A DNA stretch of 64,000 nt from the NCBI GenBank assembly GCA_024137785.1, contig JAHRHZ010000043.1, forward strand, positions 32,968,334 through 33,032,333, read 5' to 3'. The position numbers and the translations under genes were made by a program. The notes under the pieces were generated by a model that saw nothing but the letters and a program-made list of their open reading frames with translations, was not told the DNA's origin and made no database searches. The stretch's first letter is position 1. Each line of letters begins with the position of its first letter. This DNA comes from Ginglymostoma cirratum (Eukaryota). Shown piece after piece: positions 26,383 to 38,962 of this stretch.

Positions 26383-28679
26383 GTAAGGTTGTGTTTGTAA
26401 ATCATCAACTTCGTACACATTAAAAAATATCACAATAAATACCTTGGTCAAGGCTCACTCGTTGACACATGGCGTTGCAGAGTTATGAGACCCCCCCCCT
26501 CCCCAGTTATCCTGGAATTCCCTCCCTGAGGGCATTGTGGACTGCAGCAGTTCAAGAAGGCAGCTTACTGCTACCTTCTCAAGGGCAACTAGGGATCTGC
26601 AACAAGTGCTGGCCAGCCAGCGAAGCGCACGTCCCGCAAATTAATTAAACAAAAGACCTGTGCCTGAATGTTCTGTTGGGAACTGGCTGCTCCTTTGAGT
26701 AAGCCAGATCACATAACTCTAATTTGTTGGTGCCTTTTCACCTGCTGTGTGGAAGTTTCGATACTCTGCCTCCTAATGACATTCCCTTTCTTTACCGTTA
26801 TCCAAGAAACAGAGTTGCAGCAGAACCAAGTGCCATCTCAGTCAGCATCCCATTGCAAGGCTGAGATAAGTGGATTAAATAATCCGCTGACTGTGACAGG
26901 TCGACATTAAACTGATGTGAGTTGTATTATGAATAATACTGATTGATGCACCTAACATCCACAAAAAAAAATTAAGAGAGATATGTCAATGTAAAAGGTT
27001 AGTAGGATATAGGAAAATTTTACTAAAAACTGAGATGAAGCAGAATCTTACTGAATTACGTTTGCTTAAGCCCCACCCTGACTGTGAGTACAGTTCCATA
27101 GGCTCTAACTCTGATGTTTAGTGAAGGTATGGCTCTATTAACTGTTGCTAGTTAATCGTTGCACAGGCCCAGATTCATACAATCCCTAGACTAATTAGTA
27201 AAATTTCCTCGTAGCTCCGAACTATAAGCTACGTGCTTAATTTTAATGTGAATACTTACAGCAGTTATGCTGAGGTGAATTAGGGGACATTTTTAAAAAG
27301 ACAGATCCTGTAATGATTAAAGGTATGAATGTCTACAAAAGTTTATTCCTCTCCCTCTGTTCCATTTCCTATTCTTGTGTTCCATTTCTGGAAATATCCA
27401 CACCTATTTCTAACTAAGACTGCAACTCAAGCACTTAGTTTGTACAGAAAAATTGTCAGAATTCTCATTCAGGAAAAAATTGTTCCGATCTAAGGCAATG
27501 TTTTAGCAGAGGTGAAAGGGAGAGATTGTCCACTTTTGATGAAATGGAGGAACTAATTGAGGGATGCAGTTATAATTGCTGGCATTTAAAGTACACATGG
27601 ACTGGGGGCAGTGTTGTGGGATGAATGCAGTGCTGGCATTGAAGATCATGTTCAGTTCCCCTGATGGTGAGTTCTTGAACTCAACCATCAAGGGATTGGA
27701 ATCAACTATACCCCACATTCAGTTAGCTGCCAGTACTCACCACTCATATGTGAACAATTATCACCCAGGAGAGGTGCTGGTGGGCAACTGATGACTGTTC
27801 TCAGACCATCCCCAAGCAGGAAACTTAAACCATAAGGAGAAGAAAGAAGAATTGGCTTGTACAAAATGTCCCAGGATGGGAGCATATACCTTGGGAGTAC
27901 AGCAGAAACCAAGTGGCACCAAACTAGTTTGAGTAATTAGCCATGAAATAAGATAACCACCAGAAAGCAATAGAAAGTGACTCTGCATGTCAGAAAATAG
28001 ATGTCCTGGTAGACGACAGTCTGTGGAGACAGTGGGAGGGATATCAGCAGACTCGGTCAAACATCAAGGGCAACGTAAGTAATATTCCATTAACACTGTA
28101 AATGAGAAACATCACAGTCAGAGATTATTACAAACCTGTGAAGTTGCCGTCTGCTTCAGTGACGCTGGTAAAATCAGCACTTGTTTTGTCCCGACTCGCA
28201 GTTGCACAAACATCTCAAAATTGTACTGTGCCTGGGGATCTGCTCCCCAGCCCGTTTCCAAACAGTTGTCATCATCTATATGCGGGCTTCAGGGAAATAT
28301 TTTCAAGTCTTGCCATGAAAAAGTGATAATGAAACAATTCAAACATCTCATCATGACACCACCTACCTCAATGAAGGCTCTGACTCAAACGGGGGTCCAG
28401 CTAAACTCCACAGGCATCTCTATTCTCTACAGTCCAATCCATTTCTATTCCTCATGTGAGCCCAAAAATTAAGTTAGTCAACCATAGGGCATTCCCGCCA
28501 AGTCCAAACCTGCCCACATCCATGCATGGTGTTCTATTTTACATCTGGGATTGCTGGTTATTGTGCATATTTAGGGATTTTAGTTGATTAGTTTCTTTCT
28601 CCATAGCGTAAATTTCCACCTTGACTAGGACCAGCTAATGTAGCACAGGAATATTAAAGTTAGGGCAGTTTTACTTTTA

Positions 28680-29210
28680 CTTCCTTCGTGGGGTGTGAAC
28701 GTCACTGGCAAAACCAGCATTGTTTCCCATCCCTGGTGGTGAGCTGTGTTCTTGAGCCACTACAGTACTTGTGTTGTGGGTGTATCTGCCATTGCATTAG
28801 GAAGGAAATTCCAAAATTTTGACTCAGCCACAGTGAAAGAATGGCTGATATATTTCCAAGTCAGGATGGGTGTGTGGCTTCGAGTGGAACTTGAAGATGG
28901 CAGCATATCTATACTGCCCTTGGCCTTCTCATTGGTAGAGGCTAGCAGCTTGAAAGGTGTTGTCTAAGGAACTTCGGTGAGTTGCTCCAGTGCATCTTGT
29001 AGATGGTACATGCTGCTGCGACTGTGTGTTGGCGGTGAAGGGAGTGAATGTTTAATACGGTGCATGGAGTGCAGATGGGTTGTGGAGCTTCTTGAGTATT
29101 TTGGAACTGCATACATCCTGGTAACTGGGAATATGTCATCACACTCCTGATGATGAACAGCTTTGGAAGTCAGAAGGTAAATTACTCCCCGCAGAATTCC
29201 CAGCCTGTCC
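28680..29210 (-). mobile_element. LINE 3' fragment, same family as 8248-8920
   Basis: Shares HRQHTVAAACTIYKMH-type coding remnant and the 3' UTR. Confidence 0.65.
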
Positions 29211-29696
29211 TTATACAATAGCATTTATATTGTTGAGTTTCTTTTCTGGCCTGTGTGGCTTAGCTGCACAGTGAATGTATTACTCGGTCAGTGGAGGGGG
29301 TTTTTAACATTGGTTTATTGTCAGTTTGTGCAAATAACAGAATACCAAAAAGGCAGGGAGTTTCCCCAGATAACAGTGGTACAAAATTGTGAAAAACAGT
29401 ATTCAAGTTGGAAAAGAAAGACTTACATTTCTATAGTAACATGTCTCTCAGAAATATCTTGAAACAATTTGCATACAGTGCATTACTTCCAAATTCTGAC
29501 AGCTTGAGGCATGTCTGTGGGTGCTGGGTCAGTTACAATTTTAATAGCTGAGGTCAATAGGTTTTTGTCAAGTATGCAGCTACAGAATCTCGAACATCCA
29601 CTGCAATAGGCAAAAGGCACCCTGTTTAATGCTTTAACTGAGAGCAGCTTTCCTGACAGGGTTCCGCTAAAGAGTCAGCTTAAATTATTTGCTCAA

Positions 29697-30054
29697 GTCG
29701 GCACAGTGGCTCAGTGGTGAGCACTGCTGCCTCGCAGTACCAGAGACTCGGCTGAGATTCCACCTTCGGGTAACTGTGCAGAGTTTGCACGTTCTGTCCA
29801 TGCCCGCGTGGGTTTCCTCCGGGTGCTCCAATTTCCTCCCACAGTCCAGAGATGTGCAGGTTGGGTGGATTGGCCATGCTAAATTGCCCGTAGTGTCCGG
29901 TGATGTTCTAGTGGATTAGCCATGGGAAGTGTAGGGTTACAAGGGTGGGGGGTGGTGGTGGTGGCGGTAGTCTGTGGGGATGCTGTTCAGAGGATCGCTG
30001 AGAGCTCGATGGTTGAATGGCCTGCTTCCATACTGTAGGGATTCTATGATTCTA
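29697..30054 (+). mobile_element. HE1-type tRNA-derived SINE
   Basis: tRNA-like head GGCACAGTGGCTCAGTGG..., V-domain-like core GTGCAGAGTTTGCACGTTCT...GGATTGGCCATGCTAAATTGCCC, and tail CTGTAGGGATTCTATGATTCTA. Confidence 0.85.
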
Positions 30055-30390
30055 AGTCCTCAGCTGACACATGTCCAAATTGCTGTTTCTTAAGCGAAGT
30101 CAAAACTATTGTACAGCGTGATCATTGTACTTCCTGATGATGATATGTATGTTTTTGGAATTATTTTATGAATAATGAGCCAGAGAAGGCCTTTCCGTAC
30201 CTGGAAGCTGCTCTTCCATTTAATAAGATTGTGGTTAATCTGATTGTAGCCCCTAATTCACATTCCTGCCTATCTTGATAGCCTTTTCAATCCCCCCTCT
30301 GCATAGCAAGAATCCATACATCTCTGCCTTAAAAAATGTTCAAGGACTTCCCTGCCACTGCTTTGTTGGGAACAGAGTTCCAAAGACTTT

Positions 30391-30523
30391 GAAAATAAAA
30401 ACCTAATGAACTGCGGATGCTGGATATTAGAAACAAAAGCAGGAATTGCTGGATAAACTCAGCAGGTCTGGCAGCATCAGTGAAGCAGACCTGCTGAGCT
30501 TATCCATCAATTTCTGTTTATGT
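30391..30523. mobile_element. Foldback element with 13-bp TSD, inserted in a CR1 fragment
   Basis: TTCCAAAGACTTT at 30378-30390 and 30524-30536. Arms aattgctggataaactcagcaggtctg / cagacctgctgagcttatccatcaatt. Confidence 0.75.
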
Positions 30524-30660
30524 TTCCAAAGACTTTCAACCCTCTCTAAGAGAAAGAATTCTGCCTTGTCTCCGTTTTAAGTGGGCAATTCCCCTTCTTT
30601 TTAAACAGTGACCCCTAAGTTCTGGATACTCCCATGCCTGGAAACATCCTCTGCTTTCTA

Positions 30661-30836
30661 AAACCTGAAGATGCTGGAAATCACAGCAGATCAGGCAGCA
30701 TGAGTGAGAACAAGCTAACATTTTGAGGTCAGGTGACTCTTCATCAAGAGCTTGCTTGGATGCTGCCTGACTCACTGTGATTTCCAGCACTTTTTGGTCT
30801 CAGTGCAGATTCCAGTATCTGCAGTAATTTTCTCTT
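30661..30836 (-). mobile_element. Foldback element with decayed hammerhead-like core and 15-bp imperfect TSD
   Basis: atcctctgctttcta (30646-30660) / atcctttcctttcta (30837-30851). Minus strand reads AAGCT-CTTGATGA-AGAGTCACCTGACCTC-AAAA-TGTT-AGCTT. Confidence 0.7.
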
Positions 30837-30924
30837 ATCCTTTCCTTTCTACTGTCAAGACCCCTCAGAATCTTGAATGTTTATCAACTGACTATAAATT
30901 TCATAACTTACTCATGAATGGTAG

Positions 30925-32447
30925 GGTGTAGAGTTGGATGAACACAGCAGGCCAAGCAGCATCAGAGGAGCAGGAAGGCTGACGTTTCGGGCCTAGACCA
31001 TTCTTCAGAAATGGGGGAGGGGGACGGGGTTCTGAAATAAATAGGGAGAGAGGGGGAGGCAGATAGAAGATGGATAGAGGAGAAGATAGGTGGAGAGGAG
31101 ACAGACAGGTCAAAGAGGCGGGGATGGAGCCAGTAAAGGTGAGTGTAAGTGGGGCGGTAGGGAGGAGATAGGTCAGTCCAGGGAGGCCGGACAGGTCAAG
31201 GGGCAGATTGAGGTTAGTAGGTAGGAGATGGGGGTGGGGCTTGAGGTGGAAGGAAGGACAGGTCAGGGAGGTGGGGATGACCTGGGCTGGTTTTGGGATG
31301 CAGTAGGGGGAGGGGAGATTTTGAAGCTTGTGAAGTCCACATTGATATCACTGGGCTGCAGGGTTCCCAGGCGGAATATGAGTTGCTGTTCCTGCAACCT
31401 TTGAGTAGCGTCGTTGTGGCACTGCAGGAGGCCCAAGATGGACATGTCGTTTGAGGAATGGGAGGGGGAGTTGAAATGGTTCGTGACTGGGAGGTGCAGT
31501 TGTTTAGTGCGAACTGAGCGTAGGTGTTCCGCAAAACGGTCCCCAAGCCTCCACTTGGTTTCCCCGATGTAGAGGAGGCCACAACGGGAATAGCGGATGC
31601 AGTATACCACATTAGCAGATGTGCAGGTGAACATCTGCTTGATGTGGAAAGTCTTCTTGGGGCCTGGGATGGGGGTGAGGTGGGAGGTGTAGGGGCAGGC
31701 GTAGCACTTCCTGCGGTTGCAGGGAAAAGTGGCAGGTGTGGTGGGGCTGGAGGGGAGTGTGGAGCGGACAAGGGAGTCACAGAGAGAGTGGTCCCTCCAG
31801 AAAGCAGATAAGGCTGGGGAGGGAAAAATGTCTTTGGTGGTGGGGTTGGATTGCAGATGGCGGAAGTGTCGGAGGATGATGCGTTGGATCCGGAGGTTGG
31901 TGGGTGGTACGTGAGGACAAGGGGGATTCTGTTTTGGTTATTATTGCGGGGAGGGGGTGAGAGGGATGAGTTGCGGGAAATGCGGGAGACACGGTCGAGG
32001 GCGTTCTCGACCACTGAGGGGGGATATTGCGGTCCTTGAAAAATGAGGACATCTGAGATGTACGGGAGTGGAATGCCTCATCCTGGGAGCAGATGCGGCG
32101 GAGCCGAAGGAATTGGGAATAGGGGATGGCATTTTTGCAGGAAAGTGGGTGGGAGGAGGTGTATTCCAGGTAGCTGTGGGAGTCTGTGGGCTTGAAATGG
32201 ATATCGGTTTCTAGATGGTTGCCAGAGATGGAGACAGTGAGGTCCAGGAAGGGGAGAGAGGTATTGGAGATGGTCCAGGTGAACTTAAGGTTGGGGTGGA
32301 AGGTGTTGGTGAAGTGGATGAACTGTTTGAGCTCCTCGTGGGAGCACGAGGCAGCACCGATACAGTCATCAATGTAACGGAGGAAGAGGTGGGGTTTAGG
32401 GCCAGTGTCGGTACGGAAGAGGGATTGTTCCACGTAACCTACAAAGT
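30925..32447 (-). mobile_element. 5'-truncated Penelope-like retroelement (RT plus GIY-YIG endonuclease), frameshifted
   Basis: Minus-strand ORF pieces: FLRYIDDCIG (RT catalytic motif), FLDLTV...KPTDSHSYL, and VVYCIRYSRCGLLYIGETKWRLGDRFAEH (GIY-YIG). Two apparent frameshifts near 32020 and 31900. Confidence 0.9.
30979..31008 (-). ncRNA. Minimal hammerhead-ribozyme-like core at the Penelope 3' end
   Basis: Minus strand reads CTGAAGA-ATGGTCTAGGCCC-GAAA-CGTC-AG, i.e. CUGANGA / stem II / GAAA / UC. Helix I pairing is not evident. Confidence 0.5.
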
Positions 32448-32861
32448 TAGCCTTAGTGCCACTGAAAAGCTGCAATCGATTCACACTGTGGCTCCAATAC
32501 TTGTCGGCCATAGCTTGGCTGCGGGAATGTTAACGGGGATGGACGGTAGGTACTGCTGCCATTGTCAGACACTGTGTTTAGTAATGCATTGGTGTTTATG
32601 ATGGTATTGTGCTTTTCTGGATTAATCAATTGGGGTTAGTGTAGGTAGGTTGGTGCAGACTCAATGGGCAAAAAGGCCTCTTCTGTGTTGTACGACTCTA
32701 ACTAATTCTCACAATTTGGTTCCTTTTCCAAGATACTCTGATTTGGGTCCATTCAGTACCACACAGTCTCCCTGCCTGATATTTTGATTCTAAAGTATCA
32801 CCACCTCAGCTGTTGATTTTTTTTCTTCCCCACCTTGTTGCATGTCTGTGTTTGCGTGCAG

Positions 32862-33121
32862 ATCCAATATGAAAACGGTCAGTCTGTTGTCGAGGTGGAT
32901 GGGCGAGCAACCAAGAAGCTGATCACCAACCTGGAACCGGACAAGGATTACTCCTTCGTGCTGACAAACCGTGGCAACACGGTGGGAGGGCTGCAGCAAA
33001 CAGTGTCCGCTCGCACTGCCCCTGCCATCCTCAGCGGCAAACCTTATCTCATCAAGAAGGTGGAACCCGATGGGACCCTGATGGTCAGGATGCCCGAGGT
33101 GGAGCCAGTGACGCCCGTCAT
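32862..33121 (+). CDS. ptprs: PTPRS exon, 260 nt
   Basis: gcag|ATCCAA...GTCAT|gtaaga. Encodes IQYENGQSVVEVDGRATKKLITNLEPDKDYSFVLTNRGNTVGGLQQTV...EPVTPV. Confidence 0.94.
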
Positions 33122-34396
33122 GTAAGAAAACCACAGAACGTAAAATGTTCAAACTGCATCACTGTCAGAGGGATGGCATTGCAGGATTGTCTGGCAGAAG
33201 CTGACCAAAATAGTTTGTAGTCTGAATGGATTGTGTCTATCCTCTGCCAGTTTATCTCCACATGGCCACATCACATCCTAGTTTCACCCTGTCATCATCT
33301 AACTACACAAGAGTACTCTGAGGGCTGTTGTGGCACAGTGGTAATGTCCCCATCTCTAGGCCAGAAGGCCTACGTTCAAGTCCCACCTCACTGAGGTGTG
33401 TAATAGTGTGTCCGTGCAGGTTGGTTAGAATTATGTGTAATTGTGCTTTTCACAGCTGTAGATGCTGCTGGATAATAAAAATTAGGAGGCCATTGGTCCT
33501 ACCACTATCCTATCCCCCAAACATGCTAGCCATCACCTTGCACGTGGGAACTGAGGCCCATTTACATGGCTCAGTGTTTCATTTTTATTCTTTCATGGGA
33601 TATGGGCATCACTGGCATAAATGGCCTAGCCATGATAGTCCCTAAACTGAGTGGCTTAGTAGGCCATTTCAGGGGACAGGTAAAAGTTGACCAGATTGCT
33701 ATCGGTCTGGCGTCACACACAGACCAGCAGAGGAAAGTCAGCTGATATCCTCCCCAAAAGGACAGGAGGGACTCAGTTGAGTTTTAATGACAATTGACAG
33801 TAGATCCATGGTCAGTATTCCCAAGACACGCCTTTGATTCCAGATTTTATTCATTGAATTTAAAGTTCACCCACCACTGAGTAGACCTGAACTTAGCATT
33901 CGCCTGGGCCTCTTAATTACTGTTCCAGCTCCATTACTTGTTTCCTATTCCAGTGAATGTCAACTAACTGAGCATGGTTTTGGGTTCAAACCTGGACCTT
34001 CCTGGTCTTCAGCATCGGGTACCACAGTGCACTTATCATTGACACTAAAGCAAAATACTGAAGACCCAAAATACAAAATGTTGGATTACCCAGCATCTGT
34101 GGAGAGAGAAACCGAGTTAACGTTTCATTTATCAATGAGCCATTATGCAATCCTAGCCATTCCTGCTATCGAATTGAAAGCGTGAAGTTTCTCCTACCCC
34201 AGGGTGTTACATACAGACAGATGGCAAGCCAGTCATTGTGTACATAATGCATGGGGAGAGTGTGACTCTCACATTCCTGAGGCACGGTTTGGCAGTGCTT
34301 GAATATCTTTCACAACAGAATAGATCTGATTGCCAGCTGCCTCCCTGCATCATCCTTTTGGAGTCAGGAGTTGCATGTTTTTGCTTTGTGTTTCAG

Positions 34397-34487
34397 AGCC
34401 TATTATGTCATTGTGGTTCCAATGAAGAAGTTTCGTGGCAAGTTTGTTAATACCTGGAGCAGCCCTGATGAAATGGATCTAGAAGAG
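34397..34487 (+). CDS. ptprs: PTPRS exon, 91 nt
   Basis: ttcag|AGCC...GAAGAG|gtatgt. Encodes AYYVIVVPMKKFRGKFVNTWSSPDEMDLEE, phase 2-0. Confidence 0.93.
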
Positions 34488-35284
34488 GTATGTGGGCAAA
34501 GTCTTCCTTCCTTGTCACTCCTCGGTTTACAATAGCCAATGGTGCTGAGGCCACGCAGCATGTGCTCCTTCTACAATTTCTCTACCCCACTGATCCCACC
34601 CCATCCCCAATATCCAAAAGGTCCCCATAACTTGGTATCATCAAAGTGTGTATACATGTGTGTGGGAGAAGAGAGAGAGATTGTCTATCGGCTCACTCTT
34701 GAAGATCATCGCGCCCATCTTCTCAATGTCCATTCATCCCCACGCTCACATTGCTCAGTAACCATGAATCCTGGCTCCTTTCTCTCCTCCCAGACTCAGC
34801 AAATTTGAAGGTAACTCTCACATCATACTGCAACACCAGCCAGCTCAGCACACATCACAGGTGGCAACGGAAGTGGTTCTGGACCTGATATCACAATGGC
34901 ATGATGCAATTATTCACTGAGGAGAGGTCAGGTGGGAGAGCCAGGAGCTTGTGGCTTTTTCCATCAAAGGCAGGGCCCATTCAGCTGAGAGATTGAAAAA
35001 GAACTTCATTTGTTACAACTTTAAATTGGTGTGTGTAAGGCTGCGTAACAATGGGAATGTGTTTCTCTGCATCCTGCTGTTCAAATGCTGTGACTCTGGA
35101 ATTAATCCAGTTAAACTGCTCAGATAAACCTGATCCTGTAAAAGGGAATCTCAATCTTTAGGAGCAAGGGGCAAATCCTTCCAGACAGCCAGTGAATTGT
35201 GCTTTCTGTGAATCCTGTGTCCCATGTTTCACCCGTGTCTCAAATATTTCAAAAGATCACAAAACTTAAGCATGGGTTTACTCA

Positions 35285-35348
35285 AATATACAATCTCATT
35301 GAAAAATATACAATCACATTTTGAACAGTATACAATCTCATTTTAAAA
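35285..35348. repeat. ~22-bp tandem repeat, 3 units
   Basis: tatacaatc(t/a)catt repeated three times. Confidence 0.7.
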
Positions 35349-36125
35349 AACTGCTTAATCTCATTGAAGAATACCACAAAGCACTAAAGAAACCTCTTCT
35401 ACTTGAAAGGAGATAGGCACACCATCTGAAAACTGAAAAACCACTTGGAATAGATTTGGTATCACCCTCGTGCACTGAATGATACATTTGGTTCCACACT
35501 GGTACACTGGATGATTTATTTACTAACAGAAAACAACAAATATTCAAATTCTTATATATAAAAGTTTTGTTGCCTGCTCCTCACTCTACCTATCTAGGCT
35601 TCAATTACTGCTGCTCAACTGGTCAGGTCTCTCAGCCCCAACTCACTGTTATTTACTGCTCTGTCTGGTCTGTCCCGTTGTCCCTGACAGTCCGGTCTAA
35701 TCTGTCCCATTGCCATTCACTGACTACTGCCCTGTTTGGCCTATCCCTCCATTCCTGACTGCCCAGTCTGTTCTGTTCCTCTGCCATTCACTGTCCTGTA
35801 GGTTATCATCAGTTGTGGCCCCACTGCTGCCAATTACACTGATTTCTAATTATGCATTGGTCCCCACCACTGCGCACTCATGTTTGCCCATAACCTTTCT
35901 CATTTCCACCGTTTCCTGAACTTGAATGTTAAAAGAGCTGAATGCACATTGCTAGAAAGAGTTTGAGGGAACCCCGTACACTTGAGTTGTGTCTAGCTGA
36001 CTTCCATGCAGTCAAACTTATAGACCTTTCAGATGGGTACTCACGACACTTTGGTGCATTCTTTTGGTTTCATTTGCAAGATCCCATTCTGCCTGTCCGG
36101 ATAAATTACCACTTCTCAATTGCAG

Positions 36126-36341
36126 CTACTTCATGATCTGACCCTGCGCCGGCGCAGAAGCCTCCGTCTCCGACGAGAACTGGGACACTCCAAGCCCTAT
36201 GTGGCAGCTCGTTTTGACATTCTCCCACGAGAGTTCATTCTTGGAGACCGACGGTTTTATGGCGGATTTGAAAACAAGCCGCTTGAGGAGGGTAACAAAT
36301 ATGTGTTTTTCGTCCTGGGTGTCCTGGACATCCCAGAAGCG
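36126..36341 (+). CDS. ptprs: PTPRS exon with proprotein-convertase site, 216 nt
   Basis: gcag|CTACTT...GAAGCG|gtgagt. Encodes LLHDLTLRRRRSLRLRRELGHSKPYVAARF...YGGFENKPLEEGNKYVFFVLGVLDIPEA. Confidence 0.94.
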
Positions 36342-36704
36342 GTGAGTGAACATCTTCTGACATAACTTGCAGCAAACATCTCACCTCATCTCCTATCTTC
36401 ATTGGTGACATCCATTTCCTCAGACCTCAACCTTAAAACTCTCCCCCTGCATTCCCAACTTCTTTTCCTTTTCTCTGCAGTTCTCCCCTGGGTGTGAGTT
36501 AATAGAAGGTCCAAAAGCTCTGTGTTAGGTGCTATGCAATGTTCATCATCTCTTACATCTGTAAGTGATAAGAAACATTATTAGAGAACAGTAGAATGAA
36601 TTTTGCTCTGCTACTGGCAATGCTATGCAGTATCAATAACATGCATTTTTAAAATGCCTTTAACGTCATAAGATCTATACAGGATTTCATGGGGAGATGA
36701 TAAC

Positions 36705-37035
36705 TGAGTGATATTATCACTGGGCTGTTAATTCGGAGACCCTGGTAATATTCTGGGGACTTGGGTTCGAATCCTTCCATAGCTGCAGGTAGAATTTGAA
36801 TTCAGTACAGTGTCTGGAATTGATGGCCTAATGATAACCATGAATCCATTGTCAATTGTTGGAAAAACCTATCTGGTTCACTGGTGTCCTTTAGGGAAAG
36901 AAACTGCCACCTTTACCTGGTCTGGTCTACATCTGACTCCAGACCCGTAGCTTTGATCCTTAACTGCCCTTTGGACAATTAGGGATGGACAATAAATGCT
37001 GGCCTAGCCAGCGATGCCCACATCCCATAATTGAA
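36705..37035 (+). mobile_element. tRNA-derived SINE sharing its 3' tail with the 8248-8920 LINE family
   Basis: B-box GGTTCGAATCC and tail caattagggatggacaataaatgctggcc. A second copy lies at 63818-64000 and a related one at ~33575-33940 (-). Confidence 0.65.
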
Positions 37036-38962
37036 AACAAATTGAGAGTGAACCATGTCAGGAGATACATACCAGGTGATCAAATAAGTGTGTTTTAAGG
37101 AGCGTGTTAAAGGGAAGATAGGGGTGGAGAAATTTAGTGGGGTACTTCCAGAGCTTAGGGACCAAGTAAATGATGAGAGTGGCGCCAATGATGGAATAGT
37201 AAACATTAGACTTTGAAGTAATTGTCTCTAATACTACTGCCTTATGTGAATGAAACCTATTGTTTACCATTGCAAATATTTGGCTAATTTGTTCTTCATT
37301 TTTTGTTGAGTTTATGACACAGACTTGTTCACACATATTCGCCAGTTGGATTTTTATACAGATTTCCAGCTCTAGAATTCCAAGCAAAATGCAATCCAGG
37401 CCAGTAACTGATAACTCAGTACCGGCATTTGAGGATAAGTTCTAGTCTAACCCGGAAGACATCCTGTCACATAAACTGCAAGATGCAGTAACAAAACATT
37501 TTGCCCAAAATCATTTCCACATCTTCAGGGACCCCTATCACCCAGAAGGACAAGAGTAGCAGGTACATGGGAACATCACCACCTCAAGATGCCCTCTAAC
37601 TCTCACACCATCCTGGCTTGTATTTGTATTGCCATTCCTTCACTATTGCCTAGTCAACATGCTGGAACTGCCTCCAACATTGTGGCTGCCCCTAAACCAA
37701 ATAGATGGCAGTGCAGGAAGGAAGTTCACCATCTCCAGGGCAATTAGAGATAACCAATAAATGGCAACCTAGACAGTGACAAGCATATCCCATGAATTAA
37801 AAAAGACAATACAAGACCTCCAACAATATAGATATGCAGTGAATGGAGCAGTTGTCCTTACCCCCACAATGGACTCCAGCAGTTCCAGGACATAGCTCAC
37901 CACCACCTTCTCAAGGGTAATAAATGTTGCATAGCCAGGGAAACCCACATCGTGTGAAATAGTTTAAAAACCTGTCCTGTTTATGTTCCATGCAGAGCAC
38001 CATCTTCATCTTACCTGATCAGCATAACTTTCCATTCCATCATCCTTCATTGTTAGTCAGCTTCTCCTTCAATGCATCGATATTACTTATCTCAATTACT
38101 GCTGGCAACAAATCCTACATTCTTACCAGTGTCTGGGTGAAGAGGTTTCTCCTGAGCTCCCTGTGGGATTTATTAGTGACTGTCTGATATTTATGAAACC
38201 CTCCCTTATGTCTGATCTTAGTTTTGACCAAGCCTGGATTAATTGGATCCTACTGTGCCTTAGGTGCCAAGCAATCTCTGAATTATTTTGTGCCTTTTAG
38301 TCCACCAGCAATATAGCGCAGTGCTGCCTTTTTCCATAACATCCTCTTTTCTGTAATCTCGATTCTCTACTTTTTCTCCAGATCCCTCAATGTGCCTACT
38401 TCCAGGCTAAATATTCATGGCGATTCTGCACCTCTGCTCTTCTGGCACGGTAGAATAAATATGTTCAGAACCCTCTTGTGTGAATTCACTTTTCCAAAAT
38501 TCACTTTTAAGCAACTCACGTTGAATAATAAGAGTATTTCTCTTTGTACCAGATCACTGTGAAGGAGTAAAGAAGTTTGTCCCAACCAGTCCCATATGTT
38601 GGATAGAAAATGTTGTCATATCAGAACTAACCGCACTTTTGTCAAATTTCCCTCTCTATACCTCTATTTTAATACTAATAATGCTGTTACGGTAACAGAG
38701 GAATTTGCTTTGAGAATATAAAACAATCTTACAAAAATATTACCAACTATATTACCTCATGTCGCTTTATGTTCTTCTGTTGCCAACACTGAATATTTCA
38801 GAACTTCAGATGCTATCAGTATTTGGGAATTATTCCTGAGGTATCCTGTTCTATTTCTCACTGCTGTGATTTATTTTGACTTCTTTGAACATCTTTGACT
38901 GCTTTGTGAGGGGATATGTGCGTGAATTCTCTGACTGCCATGTTCTGTAATTGTCATTACAG

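Larger units (their letters stand above)
30215..30890 (-). mobile_element. CR1 LINE 3' fragment hosting two foldback insertions
   Basis: Minus strand encodes a decayed RGHCLK...LKRRQGRILSLR segment, resembling the other CR1 3' ends in the window. Confidence 0.6.

Noticed and set aside
33322-33400. tRNA genes at the tRNA-like A/B-box sequences (also 50372, 29697, 52195)
   Set aside because: No convincing cloverleaf, and each continues into a shared repeat body, so they are SINE heads.
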